DNA from: Mobula hypostoma
Lineage: Eukaryota
DNA length: 64,000 nucleotides
Reading direction: 5' to 3'
NCBI RefSeq assembly: GCF_963921235.1
Contig: NC_086108.1
Location: forward strand, 11,222,001-11,286,000
A program made the translations under genes and the position numbers. The notes below the pieces were generated by a model that did not search any database, was not told the DNA's origin, and worked only from the letters and a program-made list of their open reading frames with translations. Of this stretch, positions 49,479 through 63,100 are shown piece after piece. The first letter of the stretch is position 1. Each line of letters opens with the position of its first letter.

Positions 49479-50540
49479 ATGGAACACGTCCTGAGAGCCG
49501 ACAAGCTAGACCTCGACCCGCAAACACCTGAATCCGTTAACGCTTTCGAACTCTGGCTGGCCTGCTTCGAATCATACCTAGGGGAGATTGAAGTGATCGA
49601 GTCCACTGCGAAGCGCTGAGTTCTCTTCTCCAGGGTCAGTCCATGGGTCTACTCAATGATTTGAGACCAACTGAGCTACGACAGCACGATGAGCGCCCAC
49701 AGAATACAATACCTGCTGCCGGTAAACACCGTCTATGTGCGACATCGCTTAGCGATGCGGCAGCAGCAGCCTGGAGAGTCGAGCGCTGAGTTCATCCGGG
49801 CCCTACAGACACTTGTGCGGACCTGCGATTGCCGGGGGCTGACGGCTGAAGAGCACGCGGAGATTCTAGTGAGAGACACCTTCATTGCGGGGACCAGGTC
49901 AGTGTATGTGTGCCAGTGGCTGCTGAAACACGCCGATCTTACCTTACGTTCGGGGATTGAGCTGGCCGACATGCCAGAGGCCACTCTGCACAACTTTGAG
50001 GCTCTCCAGGCACGCGATCCCCCGACGGCCTTGTGTGTGCCGCAGACCCCGCAACCCGCCGGCAAATCGACCTCGGCTGCAGCCAGTCGTGAGTCCGCGA
50101 AGTGCTACTTCTGCAGACTCGAGAAGTACCCCCGGAAACGCTGCCCGGCCCGACAAGCTACCTGTTCCAACTGCGGAAAGAAGGGCCACTTCGCCAAGGT
50201 CTGTAAGTCAAAACCGCGAGCGGGATCGAGCCACACCACATGTGAGGCATGGGGGTCGCCATCTTGCTTGCCGCCATCTTCCCTGCACATTGCCACCACT
50301 TGCGAGACATGGGGATCGCCATCTTCCCTGCCGCCATCTTCCCTGCACACTGCCACCATGTGCGAGACGTGGGGATCGCCATCTTGCCTGCCGCCATCTT
50401 CCCTGCACGCCACCACCACATGTGAGACATGGGGCGGCTATCTTGGTCGGCGCCACCTCCCACCGCCTACGACCAACGGGTGCTCACGGGCCACCCCACC
50501 GCGCCGGACCAAGACAGCGACCCCACCCTGGCTTCCGTGA
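49479..50540 (+). pseudogene. Gypsy gag with zinc knuckles; stops and frameshifts; internal 60-bp tandem repeat (~50235-50435)
   Basis: MEHVLRADKLDLDPQTPE; CYFCRLEKYPRKRCPARQATCSNCGKKGHFAKVC. Confidence 0.88.
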
Positions 50541-53500
50541 CCCTCGACCAAAGCGCTCCCCACCAGCTTGCAAGGTCAATGATGGACATCCTGGTGGAGG
50601 GGCACAGGACAAGCTGCCTGTTTGACACAGGCAGCACGGAGAGTTTTATCCACCCGGCCACGGTGCAGCATTGTGGACTCATGATACGGCCGGTAAGTCA
50701 GAGGGTCGCCATGGCTTCCAGATCGCATACAACAGACATCCGGGGGGGGGGGCGCATTGTGTAGTGACGCTAGTGGTGCAGGGCACAGAATATCGAGACT
50801 TTACATTACTAGTCTTGCCTCAACTGTGTGCCCCTGTGCTGTTGGGGCTCGACTTCCAGAGCCACCTGAAAAGCGTGACAATGGAGTATGATGGGCCCCT
50901 CCCACCAATTACTGTCATAAATCCCCTGTTTTGTAGAGATATGTCACGTACCCCGCTACTGACCACACACACACACTGACCCGCGCATCCCACCCAACAC
51001 CATGCCAACTGCCACACTACCGACACCACTTGCAGCCTCTCCACCCTCAGGATCCCTTCCCCACCGCTGTTCGCCAACCTGACCCCCGACTGTAAACCCG
51101 TGACAACTAAAAGCAGGAGGTACAGCGCGGGGGACAGAGCTTTCATTAAGTCGGAGGTGCAGCGGCTGCTCAGGGAGGGGGTCATTGAGGCAAGCACAAG
51201 TCCTTGGAGGGCGCAGGTGGTGGTTGTTCGGAACGGGGAGAAGAATAGGATGGTCGTGGACTATAGCCAGACCAATAGGTTCATGCAGCTCGACGCATAC
51301 CCTCTACCCCGCATCGTGGATAGGGTCAATCAAATAGCACAGTACAAGGTGTACTCGACCATAGACCTAAAATCTGCTTACCATCAGCTCCCCATCACCC
51401 GGGAGGACCGCCCTTACACTGCCTTCGAGGCGGACGGCAGGCTTTATCAATTCCTGCGTGTCCCCTTTGGTGTCACGAATGGTGTATCTGTCTTCCAGAG
51501 GGCAATGGACCGGATGGTGGACCAGTGCCAACTGAAGCAACGTTCCCATATCTGGATAACATCACCATCTGCGGTCACGACCAGCAGGATCACAACAACA
51601 ACCTCCAAAAATTTCTCCAAGCGGGAGGTTCAACGAGACCTGGGTGTCATTATACACCAGTCATTGAAAGTGGGCATGCAGGTACAGCAGGCGGTGAAAA
51701 AGGCGAATGGTATGCTGGCATTTATAGCGAGAGGATTCGAGTACAGGAGCAGGGAGGTACTACTGCAGTTGTACAAGGCCTTGGTGAGACCACTCCTGGA
51801 GTATTGTGTGCAGTTTTGGTCCCCTAATCTGAGGAAAGACGTCCTTGCCATAGAGGGAGTACAAAGAAGGTTCACCAGATTGATTCCTGGGATGGCAGGA
51901 CTTTCATATGAAGAAAGACTGGATGAACTGGGCTTGTACTCGTTGGAATTTAGAAGATTGAGGGGGGATCTGATTGAAACGTATAAGAACCTAAAGGGAT
52001 TGGACAGGCTAGATGCAGGAAGATTGTTCCCGATGTTGGGGAAGTCCAGAACGAGGGGCCACAGTTTGAGGATAGAGGGGAAGCCTTTTAGGACCGAGAT
52101 TAGGAAAAACTTCTTCACACAGAGAGTGGAGAATCTGTGGAATTCTCTGCCACAGGAAACAGTTGAGGCCAGTTCATTGGCTATATTTTTAAGAGGGAGT
52201 TAGATATGGCCTTTGTGGCTACGGGGGTCAGGGGGTATGGAGGGAAGGCTGGGGCGGGGTTCTGAGTTGGAGGATCAGCCATGATCATAATAAATGGCGG
52301 TGCAGGCTCGAAGGGCCGAATGGCTTACTCCTGCACCTATTTTCTATGTTTCTATAACAAGGACAAGTGTGTGTTCAGAACCACCCGACTTGCTATCCTT
52401 GGGTGTGTCATGGAGAACAGAATCATTGGCCCTGACCCCGACCGTATGCACCCCTTGTTGGAACTCCCTCTTCCCAATACCCTCAGAGCCCTCAAAAGGT
52501 GCCTGGGCTTATTTTCATATTACGCCCAATGGGTCTCTAACTACACAGAGAAGGCCCACCCCCTGGTCAAGTCCACCACATTCCCCCTCTCTGCTGAGGC
52601 CCACGTGGCCTTCAGCCGCATAAAAGAGGACATTGCCAAAGCAGCAATGCATGCGGTGGACGAGGCCATTCTCTTCCAAGTAGAGAGTGACGCCTCCGAC
52701 TTCACGCTGGCTGCTACCCTCAACCAGGCGGGAGACCAGTGGCGTTCTTCTCCCGTACCCTTCAAGGCCCTGAAATTCGGCACTCCGCGGTGGAGAAAGA
52801 GGTCCAGGCCATAGTGGAAGCTATTAGGCACTGGAGGCATTATCTTGCCAGCAAAAGGTTCACCCTGGTAACTGACCAGCGCTCAGTCGCATTCATGTTT
52901 AATAACCAACAGTGGGGCAAAATCAAAAATGATAAAATTCTGAGGTGGAGAATCGAACTCTCCACCTACAACTATGACATCATGTACAGGCCTGGGAAGC
53001 TCAATGAGCCCTCCGATGCCCTATCCCGGGGAACATGCACCAGTGCGCAGATCGACCGGCTATACGCCCCACATGTAGACCTTTGCCACCTGGGGGTCAC
53101 CCGGCTTTTCCACTTCGTGAAAGCCCGGAACCTGCCTTACTCCCTTGAGGAGATCAGGATGATGACCAGGGACTGCCAAGTCTGCGCAGAGTGCAAACCA
53201 CACTTCTACCAACCCGAAAAGGCACAACTCATCAAGGCCAGCCGCCCCTCTGAGCAACTGGGTGTCGACTTTAAGGGCCCCCTTCCCTCCACCGATCGCA
53301 ATGTGTACTTTTTTAACGTTATCGACGAGTACTCACGGTTCCCCTTCGCCATCCCCTGCCCCGACACCACTACCACATCAGTTATAAAAGCCCTGCGCAA
53401 GCTCTTCACTCTGTTCGGATACCCATGCTATATCCACAGTGACAGAGGGTCCTCGTTTACGAGTGATGAGCTGCGCCAATATCTACTGGCTAGGGGAATT

Positions 53501-54199
53501 GCAACTAGTAGGACCACGAGCTATAATCCCCGGGGGAATGGACAGGTGGAGAAGGAGAATGGCACAGTGTGGAAAGCCACACTCTTAGCCCTCAGGTCAA
53601 AGGGACTGCCGGTCTCCCGCTGGCAGGAGGTCCTTCCCGAGGCACTCCACTCCATCCGCTCCCTGTTATGCACAGCCACCAATGCCACCCCTCATGAGCG
53701 GCTCTTTTCTTTTCCCAGAAAGTCGACCACTGGGACCACCCTACCAACTTGGCTGACATCCCCGGGGTCAGTGCTGCTCTGGAAACATGCGAGGAGCCAT
53801 AAATACTCCCCGATAGTCGAGAGGGTTCACTTACTTCATGTGAATCCCCAGTATGCCTACGTGGTTTTACCTGATGGGCGGGAGGACACGCTCTCCATCC
53901 GCGACCTGGCACCCGCAGGAGCTCCGGGCCCCTACCCTGAACACTCCATGGTGCCTATCAACCCCATACCCACCAATATATATACCCACGAAACACTGCG
54001 CACTCCAAGCCCTACACAGACACCACATGACACTCCCAAACCGGGCGCGACGCACACGCACGAGGGATTAACAACGCCTAACGTGCTGACACCTCAAGTC
54101 AGGCCGGAGCCAGCACAACCACCGTCGCCAGTGCAATCACCACCGGTGCTACGTAGATCACAGCGACGGACTCGACCGCCTGATAGACTTGACCTGTAA
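50541..54199 (+). pseudogene. Gypsy pol (protease, RT, RNase H, integrase), disrupted
   Basis: LFDTGSTESFI; SPWRAQVVVV...RMVVDYS; YLDNI; VESDASD; TDQRSV; VDFKGPLP...IDEYSRF...HSDRGSSF...NGQVEK. Confidence 0.93.
51624..52354 (+). mobile_element. young-looking 5'-truncated CR1 inserted in Gypsy RT
   Basis: open frame EVQRDLGVIIHQSLKV...FFTQRVENLWNSLP; (ttctatgt) tail. Confidence 0.92.
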
Positions 54200-54250
54200 A
54201 TATACTTGTTTTAAATATTGTCAGTCACTTCACCCCACAGCACTTCTTTT

Positions 54251-54266
54251 AAAAAGGAGGGGTGAA
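54251..54266 (+). promoter_or_regulatory. polypurine tract
   Basis: aaaaaggaggggtgaa immediately before the 3' LTR. Confidence 0.85.
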
Positions 54267-54498
54267 TGTGGTAGACCATATATATATATGTTGTAACTGG
54301 GTTATCTGTCTGGACACGCCCCTCTGCTGACTGCCCCTGTGGCTCCTCCCACAGACCCCTAAATAAAGGCGATCGTGCCACTACTCCTCCCTCAGTCCGG
54401 GGCTGGTACTCAGCAGGGACGTGGACCATTTACTGTTAATAAAAGCCTTTCAATATTCACTCTATTTCCAGTCTTTTGGAGTAATTGATAGTGCATCA
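54267..54498 (+). repeat. 3' LTR (232 bp)
   Basis: direct repeat of the 5' LTR with scattered substitutions and small indels. Confidence 0.95.
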
Positions 54499-55265
54499 CG
54501 TTCCTTCAGGCTTATCAGCTGTGCAGAGAGGAGGGAGCTTGCTACACGGACAACAACATGATCTCCATATTGTACTGCCCAGGCTTGCGTATCTAGACAG
54601 CTAGGACACAACATTCATTGTCAACACTGATCGATGGAGGCCTCAAATTGTGTTTCTTTTTTCTACTGTGAATGCTTGCAAGAAAATGAATCTCAGGGTA
54701 GTATATGGGGCATTGATAATAAATATTACATTGAACTTTAAACTTTGGTCAACTGCTCAGGATTTTTCACATTGCCTTTTCTTATTGAACATCTTGGGAT
54801 CTTTCATTCTGTGCTGTAGTTTTGCTCCCTGGAATGGGGAGGTATTTGTTCCTCTATCAATGTCCTTTGATGTTGGTTGAATTTGTAGCTCTGCCTTTGA
54901 GATTTGCAGCCAGATTGAATTAAAGAAGCTGTTTCTTTTCACATTAGGCCTGAAGTAATATTCAGGGTTAGGCCTATTAATCATCAAGTACACACTGAAT
55001 ATTTCATTAAATATCAGTCAATATAACACAGGACTTGGACGGCCCAACCAGAAACGGAACTCTGGTTTTAAAAGGGAAAGTCGAATGAGTGGGGATGGGC
55101 AAGGGGTCTGAGGAGAACTGGACAACTTCCTCATGTGTAGGCTGGGGCATGAACGATGAAAATCCTCTACCCGAAATGCACTATTCCATGTCAAAGTTCA
55201 AAGTTCAAAGTAAAGCTATTGTCTCAGTACATACAGTACTGTTCAGAAGTCTGAGGTGTGCACAC

Positions 55266-55558
55266 AGAGAGAGAGAGGGGAGAGAGTGGGAGAGAGGAGA
55301 GAGAGAGGAGGGAGAGAGGAGGGAGAGAGAAGAGAAAGAGAAGGGAGAGAGGAGGGAGAGGGGGAGAGGAGGGAGAGAGAAGGGAGGAGGAGAGGGAAGG
55401 GAGAGGAGAGAGGGGGTGAGGGAAGGGAGAGGGGAGAGGGGAGAGAGAGAGAGGGGAGAGAGAAGGGAGAGGGGAGAGGGGGAGGGGGGAGAGGGGGAGA
55501 GGGAGACGGGAGAGAGGAGAGAGGGAGATGGAGAGAGGGAGAGAGGGGGAGAGAGAGC
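55266..55558. repeat. (GA)/(GGA)-rich polypurine low-complexity tract
   Basis: direct reading. Confidence 0.92.
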
Positions 55559-55617
55559 AAGCGTGCGAGCCAGGGTGCCTAGGACATTTCCACAGTACTG
55601 TATGCTGTTTAATATAC

Positions 55618-55905
55618 ATGGTACAGTAGTGTAGTGGTTAGGAAAAAGCTTTACAGTACCAGGTTCAGCTCCCACCGCTGGCTGTAAGGAGTATGTATGT
55701 TCTCCCTGTGACTGTGTGGGTTTCCTCCAGGTGCTCTGGGTTCCTCCCACAGTCCAAAGACATACCTGTTGGGAAGTTCATTGGTTATTGTAAATCGTCT
55801 TGTGATTAGACGAGGGTTAAATCAGGGGATTGCTGGGCAGTGAAGCTCAAAGGGCTGGAAGGGTCTGTTCCTCACTGTATCTCAATAAATAAATAAACAA
55901 ATAAT
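55618..55905 (+). mobile_element. tRNA-derived SINE (V-SINE/HE1-like)
   Basis: ggtacagtagtgtagtggttagg; gggtttcctccaggtgctctgggttcctcccacagtccaaagac; (aata)n tail. Confidence 0.8.
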
Positions 55906-57144
55906 AATAGGAGGGAAGTTGGGAAACAGAAATAAGAGTGCTTAGCTTTGTATTAGCTCTGTAGTATTAAGTGTTATTTGGTAACTGGAAACACAGAATA
56001 TACAGTACTGTGCGAAAGACTTAAGCACTCTACTGAAATATACTGCATGTGCCTAAGGGTCTTGCACAGTAGCGACATGTCACCATATACAGCCCTGAGA
56101 TTCATTTTCTTGCAGACATACTCAATAAATCCAGTAATCATCATGGAATCAATGAAAGACTGCAGCGACTGCGCGGACAACCAGTGTGCAAAAGACAACA
56201 TTGTCCAAATATTAAACTGACTTTTGTGCACATTGATCATAGTCTGTCCTGTTGGATGTGGTCATTCATTGCTTCTACTGTGTTTCTTGTATTTGCTGTG
56301 AATGCTCTCAAGAAACTGAATCTCAGGGTCGTATATGTTGACATATATGTACTTTATTAATAAGTTTACTTTGAAGTTCAAACTTTGCAAGATGATTGGG
56401 GTCTCTTCACTGCTGCAGCCTTCCTCCACCTTAATGCCATTGTGACGTGTTGTCGTTTTGCGCCAGCTCCACTGTTGAGGTCCTGGTTGGATCGCTCTTT
56501 GTCTGGATAATTGTCCTTATCCTGTTGACCCTACCAGGAGCAAAGCTCCACATGGTATCACTCTCGGGACCTCAGGAACTGACAGCCGCTCCTGCACGAC
56601 AAGGTCAGGATACTCGGAGAAGATGGATTGGTTTTAGCAGTATACCATTATTTGTATTCCAGTAAATCTGGTCTGATGATCTCAGGGCAGGGGTTCAAAT
56701 CCCAGTGCAGCTTACAGGAATTTAAAATGGAAATCACAAACTGCAAGCGGTAGATATCTGAAATAAAAACCAGAGTATGCTGGAACTTGACAGTGTGTCG
56801 GCATCGTTTATGGAGATAGTTGTCAATTTTCCAGGCCATGACCCCCTCATCCTGTCTCCTAGTTCTCACAAACAGTCTCTGAACTAAAACGCAAACTCTA
56901 TTTCTCTATCCACAGGTGCTACTGAACTGCTGAGTCTCCCCAAAGCTTTTTGGGTTTATTACTGGGAAATTACTTATTTTGTTCTATTTTATTTTATTTT
57001 CTTCATAGAAGGAATAAAAGCCAAACTATTTTCTAAATGGGAAAGTAGCAACAGGAATAAAATCCTGATTTTACAGCCGGTGCTGTAAAATGTTGACAGA
57101 CTACAATGTTGCCCTCCAGATTAAGGTAACTCTCGACCACAGCT

Positions 57145-60100
57145 ACATCCAGACGTTAGGCAACTCCAGATGACATCTAACTCTAGACCAAAGGAAACTA
57201 CAGATTACTGGGAATTCCAGACCACAGGGACCTTCAGACCACGGGGAACTACAGACCACAGGGAACTCCAGACCACAGGGAATTCCTGACCACAGGGAAC
57301 CCCAGACTACAGGGAATTCCTGACCACAGGGAACCCCAGACCACAGGTAATTCCAGACCACCGGGTACTCCAGACCACAGGGAACCCCAGACCACAGGGA
57401 ACACCAGATCACTGGGACCTCCAGACCATAGGGAATTCCAGACCACAGGGAGCTCCAGACCACAGGGAATTGCAGACCACAGGGACCTCTAGACCACAGG
57501 GAACCCCAGACCACAGGGAACTCCAGACCACAGGGAACCGCAGACAACAGGGAACCCCAGACCACAGGGAATTCCAGACTACAGGGAACTCCATATCACT
57601 GGACTCCAGCCTGCAGAGAACTCCAGACCACAGGGAATTCCAGACCACTGGGAACTCCAGACCATAGGGAATTCCAGACCACAGGCAACCCCAGACCACA
57701 GGAAACTCCAGACCACAGGGAATTCCAGACCACAGGGAACTCCAGACAACAGGGAACTACAGACCACAGGGAACTCGAGACCACTGGGAACTGCAGACCA
57801 CAGGGAACTCCAGACCACAGGGTACTCCAGACGACAGGTAACTCCAGACCACAGGGAACTCCAGACCACTGGGAATTCCAGATGACAGGGACCTCCAGAA
57901 CACATAGAATTCCAGACCACAGGAACTCCAGATCACTGGAACCTCCAGCCTGCAGAGAAATCCAGACCACAGGGAACTCCAGACCTCAGGGAATTGCAGA
58001 TCACAGGGAACCCCAGACCACAGGGAACCCCAGACTACAGGGAATTCCAGACTGCAGGAAACTCCAGACCACGGGGAATTCCAGACCACAGGGAATTCCA
58101 GACCACAGGGAACTGCAGACCAGTGGGATCTCCAGACAATAGGGATTTCCAGACCACAGGGAACTCCAGACCACAAGGAGCTCCAGACCACAGGGAACTC
58201 CAGACCACAGTGATCTCCCGACCACAGGGATCTCCAGACCACAGAAACCCAAGACCACAGAGAACTCCAGACCACAGGGAATTCCAAACCACAGGAAACT
58301 CCAGACCACAGGGAACTCCAGACCACTGGGAATTCCAGACCACAGGGTACTCCAGACCACACGGAACCCCAGACCACAGGGAACTCCAGATCACTGGGAC
58401 CACCAGACCATAGGGAATTCCAGACCACAGGTATCTTCAGACCACAGGAAACTACAGACCACAGGAAACTCCAGACCACAAGGACCTCTAGACCACAGGG
58501 AATTCCAGACCACAGGGAAATCCTGACCACAGGGAACGGCAGACCACAGGGAACTCCAGACCACAGGGAACACCAGGCAACAGGGAACCCCAGACTACAG
58601 GGAATTCCAGACCTCAGGGAACTCCAGACCACAGGGTACTCCAGACGACAGGTAACTCCAGACCACAGGGAACTCCAGACCACTGGGAATTCCAGATGAC
58701 AGGGACCTCCAGAACACATAGAATTCCAGACCACAGGAACTCCAGATCACTGGAACCTCCAGCCTGCAGAGAAATCCAGACCACAGGGAACTCCAGACCT
58801 CAGGGAATTGCAGATCACAGGGAACCCCAGACCACAGGGAACCCCAGACTACAGGGAATTCCAGACTGCAGGAAACTCCAGACCACGGGGAATTCCAGAC
58901 CACAGGGAATTCCAGACCACAGGGAACTGCAGACCAGTGGGATCTCCAGACAATAGGGATTTCCAGACCACAGGGAACTCCAGACCACAAGGAGCTCCAG
59001 ACCACAGGGAACTCCAGACCACAGTGATCTCCCGACCACAGGGATCTCCAGACCACAGAAACCCAAGACCACAGAGAACTCCAGACCACAGGGAATTCCA
59101 AACCACAGGAAACTCCAGACCACAGGGAACTCCAGACCACTGGGAATTCCAGACCACAGGGTACTCCAGACCACACGGAACCCCAGACCACAGGGAACTC
59201 CAGATCACTGGGACCACCAGACCATAGGGAATTCCAGACCACAGGTATCTTCAGACCACAGGAAACTACAGACCACAGGAAACTCCAGACCACAAGGACC
59301 TCTAGACCACAGGGAATTCCAGACCACAGGGAAATCCTGACCACAGGGAACGGCAGACCACAGGGAACTCCAGACCCACAGGGAACACCAGGCAACAGGG
59401 AACCCCAGACTACAGGGAATTCCAGACCTCAGGGAACTCCAGACCACAGGGAGTTCCAGACCACAGCGAACTCCAGACCACTGGGATCTCCAGTCCATAG
59501 GGAATTCCAGTCCACATTGAACCCCAGACCACAAGGAACTCCAGAACACAGCGAATTCCAGACCATAGGGAATTCCAGACCACAGGGAACTCCAGATCAC
59601 AGGGAACTCCCGACCACAGGGAATTCCAAACCAGAGGGAACTCCAGAACACAGGGAATTCCAGACCACAGGGAACTCCGTACCACAGGAAACTCCAGACC
59701 ACTGGGAATTCCAGACCACAGGGTACTCTAGACCACAGAGAAGCCCAGACCACAGGGAACTCCAGATCACTGGGACCACCAGACAATAGGGAATTCCAGA
59801 CCACAGGTATCTTCAGACCACAGGAAACTCCAGACCACAGGGAACTCCAGACCACAGGGAGCTCTAGACCACAGGGAATTCCACACCACAGGGAACTCCT
59901 GACCACAGGGAACCGCAGACCACAGGGAACTCCAGACCACAGGGAACACCAGACCACAGGGAACCGCAGACAACAGGGAACCCCAGACCACAGGGAATTC
60001 CAGACTACAGGGAACTCCATATCACTGGACTCCAGCCTGCAGAGAACTCCAGACCACAGGGAATTCCAGACCACTGGGAACTCCAGACCATAGGGAATTC

Positions 60101-63100
60101 CAGACCACAGGCAACCCCAGACCACAGGAAACTCCAGACCACAGGGAATTCCAGACCACAGGGAACTCCAGACAACAGGGAACTACAGACCACAGGGAAC
60201 TCGAGACCACTGGGAACTGCAGACCACAGGGAACTCCAGACCACAGGGAGCTCTAGACCACAGGGAATTCCACACCACAGGGAACTCCTGACCACAGGGA
60301 ACCGCAGACCACAGGGAACTCCAGACCACAGGGAACACCAGACCACAGGGAACCGCAGACAACAGGGAACCCCAGACCACAGGGAATTCCAGACTACAGG
60401 GAACTCCATATCACTGGACTCCAGCCTGCAGAGAACTCCAGACCACAGGGAATTCCAGACCACAGGAAACTCCAGACCACAGGGAATTCCAGACCACAGG
60501 GAACTCCAGACAACAGGGAACTACAGACCACAGGGAACTCGAGACCACTGGGAACTGCAGACCACAGGGAACTCCAGACCACAGGGGACTCCAGACGACA
60601 GGTAACTCCAGACCACAGGGAACTCCAGACCACTGGGAATTCCAGATGACAGGGACCTCCAGAACACATAGAATTCCAGACCACAGGAACTCCAGATCAC
60701 TGGAACCTCCAGCCTGCAGAGAAATCCAGACCACAGGGAACTCCAGACCTCAGGGAATTGCAGATCACAGGGAACCCCAGACCACAGGGAACCCCAGACT
60801 ACAGGGAATTCCAGACTGCAGGAAACTCCAGACCACGGGGAATTCCAGACCACAGGGAATTCCAGACCACAGGGAACTGCAGACCAGTGGGATCTCCAGA
60901 CAATAGGGATTTCCAGACCACAGGGAACTCCAGACCACAAGGAGCTCCAGACCACAGGGAACTCCAGACCACAGTGATCTCCCGACCACAGGGATCTCCA
61001 GACCACAGAAACCCAAGACCACAGAGAACTCCAGACCACAGGGAATTCCAAACCACAGGAAACTCCAGACCACAGGGAACTCCAGACCACTGGGAATTCC
61101 AGACCACAGGGTACTCCAGACCACACGGAACCCCAGACCACAGGGAACTCCAGATCACTGGGACCACCAGACCATAGGGAATTCCAGACCACAGGTATCT
61201 TCAGACCACAGGAAACTACAGACCACAGGAAACTCCAGACCACAAGGACCTCTAGACCACAGGGAATTCCAGACCACAGGGAAATCCTGACCACAGGGAA
61301 CGGCAGACCACAGGGAACTCCAGACCACAGGGAACACCAGGCAACAGGGAACCCCAGACTACAGGGAATTCCAGACCTCAGGGAACTCCAGACCACAGGG
61401 AGTTCCAGACCACAGCGAACTCCAGACCACTGGGATCTCCAGTCCATAGGGAATTCCAGTCCACATTGAACCCCAGACCACAAGGAACTCCAGAACACAG
61501 CGAATTCCAGACCATAGGGAATTCCAGACCACAGGGAACTCCAGATCACAGGGAACTCCCGACCACAGGGAATTCCAAACCAGAGGGAACTCCAGAACAC
61601 AGGGAATTCCAGACCACAGGGAACTCCGTACCACAGGAAACTCCAGACCACTGGGAATTCCAGACCACAGGGTACTCTAGACCACAGAGAAGCCCAGACC
61701 ACAGGGAACTCCAGATCACTGGGACCACCAGACAATAGGGAATTCCAGACCACAGGTATCTTCAGACCACAGGAAACTCCAGACCACAGGGAACTCCAGA
61801 CCACAGGGAGCTCTAGACCACAGGGAATTCCACACCACAGGGAACTCCTGACCACAGGGAACCGCAGACCACAGGGAACTCCAGACCACAGGGAACACCA
61901 GACCACAGGGAACCGCAGACAACAGGGAACCCCAGACCACAGGGAATTCCAGACTACAGGGAACTCCATATCACTGGACTCCAGCCTGCAGAGAACTCCA
62001 GACCACAGGGAATTCCAGACCACAGGAAACTCCAGACCACAGGGAATTCCAGACCACAGGGAACTCCAGACAACAGGGAACTACAGACCACAGGGAACTC
62101 GAGACCACTGGGAACTGCAGACCACAGGGAACTCCAGACCACAGGGGACTCCAGACGACAGGTAACTCCAGACCACAGGGAACTCCAGACCACTGGGAAT
62201 TCCAGATGACAGGGACCTCCAGAACACATAGAATTCCAGACCACAGGAACTCCAGATCACTGGAACCTCCAGCCTGCAGAGAAATCCAGACCACAGGGAA
62301 CTCCAGACCTCAGGGAATTGCAGATCACAGGGAACCCCAGACCACAGGGAACCCCAGACTACAGGGAATTCCAGACTGCAGGAAACTCCAGACCATGGGG
62401 AATTCCAGACCACAGGGAATTCCAGACCACAGGGAACTGCAGACCAGTGGGATCTCCAGACAATAGGGATTTCCAGACCACAGGGAACTCCAGACCACAA
62501 GGAGCTCCAGACCACAGGGAACTCCAGACCACAGTGATCTCCCGACCACAGGGATCTCCAGACCACAGAAACCCAAGACCACAGAGAACTCCAGACCACA
62601 GGGAATTCCAAACCACAGGAAACTCCAGACCACAGGGAACTCCAGACCACTGGGAATTCCAGACCACAGGGTACTCCAGACCACACGGAACCCCAGACCA
62701 CAGGGAACTCCAGATCACTGGGACCACCAGACCATAGGGAATTCCAGACCACAGGTATCTTCAGACCACAGGAAACTACAGACCACAGGAAACTCCAGAC
62801 CACAAGGACCTCTAGACCACAGGGAATTCCAGACCACAGGGAAATCCTGACCACAGGGAACGGCAGACCACAGGGAACTCCAGACCACAGGGAACACCAG
62901 GCAACAGGGAACCCCAGACTACAGGGAATTCCAGACCTCAGGGAACTCCAGACCACAGGGAGTTCCAGACCACAGCGAACTCCAGACCACTGGGATCTCC
63001 AGTCCATAGGGAATTCCAGTCCACATTGAACCCCAGACCACAAGGAACTCCAGAACACAGCGAATTCCAGACCATAGGGAATTCCAGACCACAGGGAACT

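Larger units (their letters stand above)
49230..54498 (+). mobile_element. complete Gypsy/Metaviridae LTR retrotransposon, mutated
   Basis: TG...CA LTRs; 5-bp TSD cgttc (49225-49229, 54499-54503); gag-PR-RT-RH-IN order; PPT. Confidence 0.96.
48798..54645 (+). mobile_element. RTE-like non-coding repeat (48798-49229 and 54499-54645) split by the Gypsy element
   Basis: the joined halves are collinear with the uninterrupted minus copy at 27750-28290. Confidence 0.65.
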
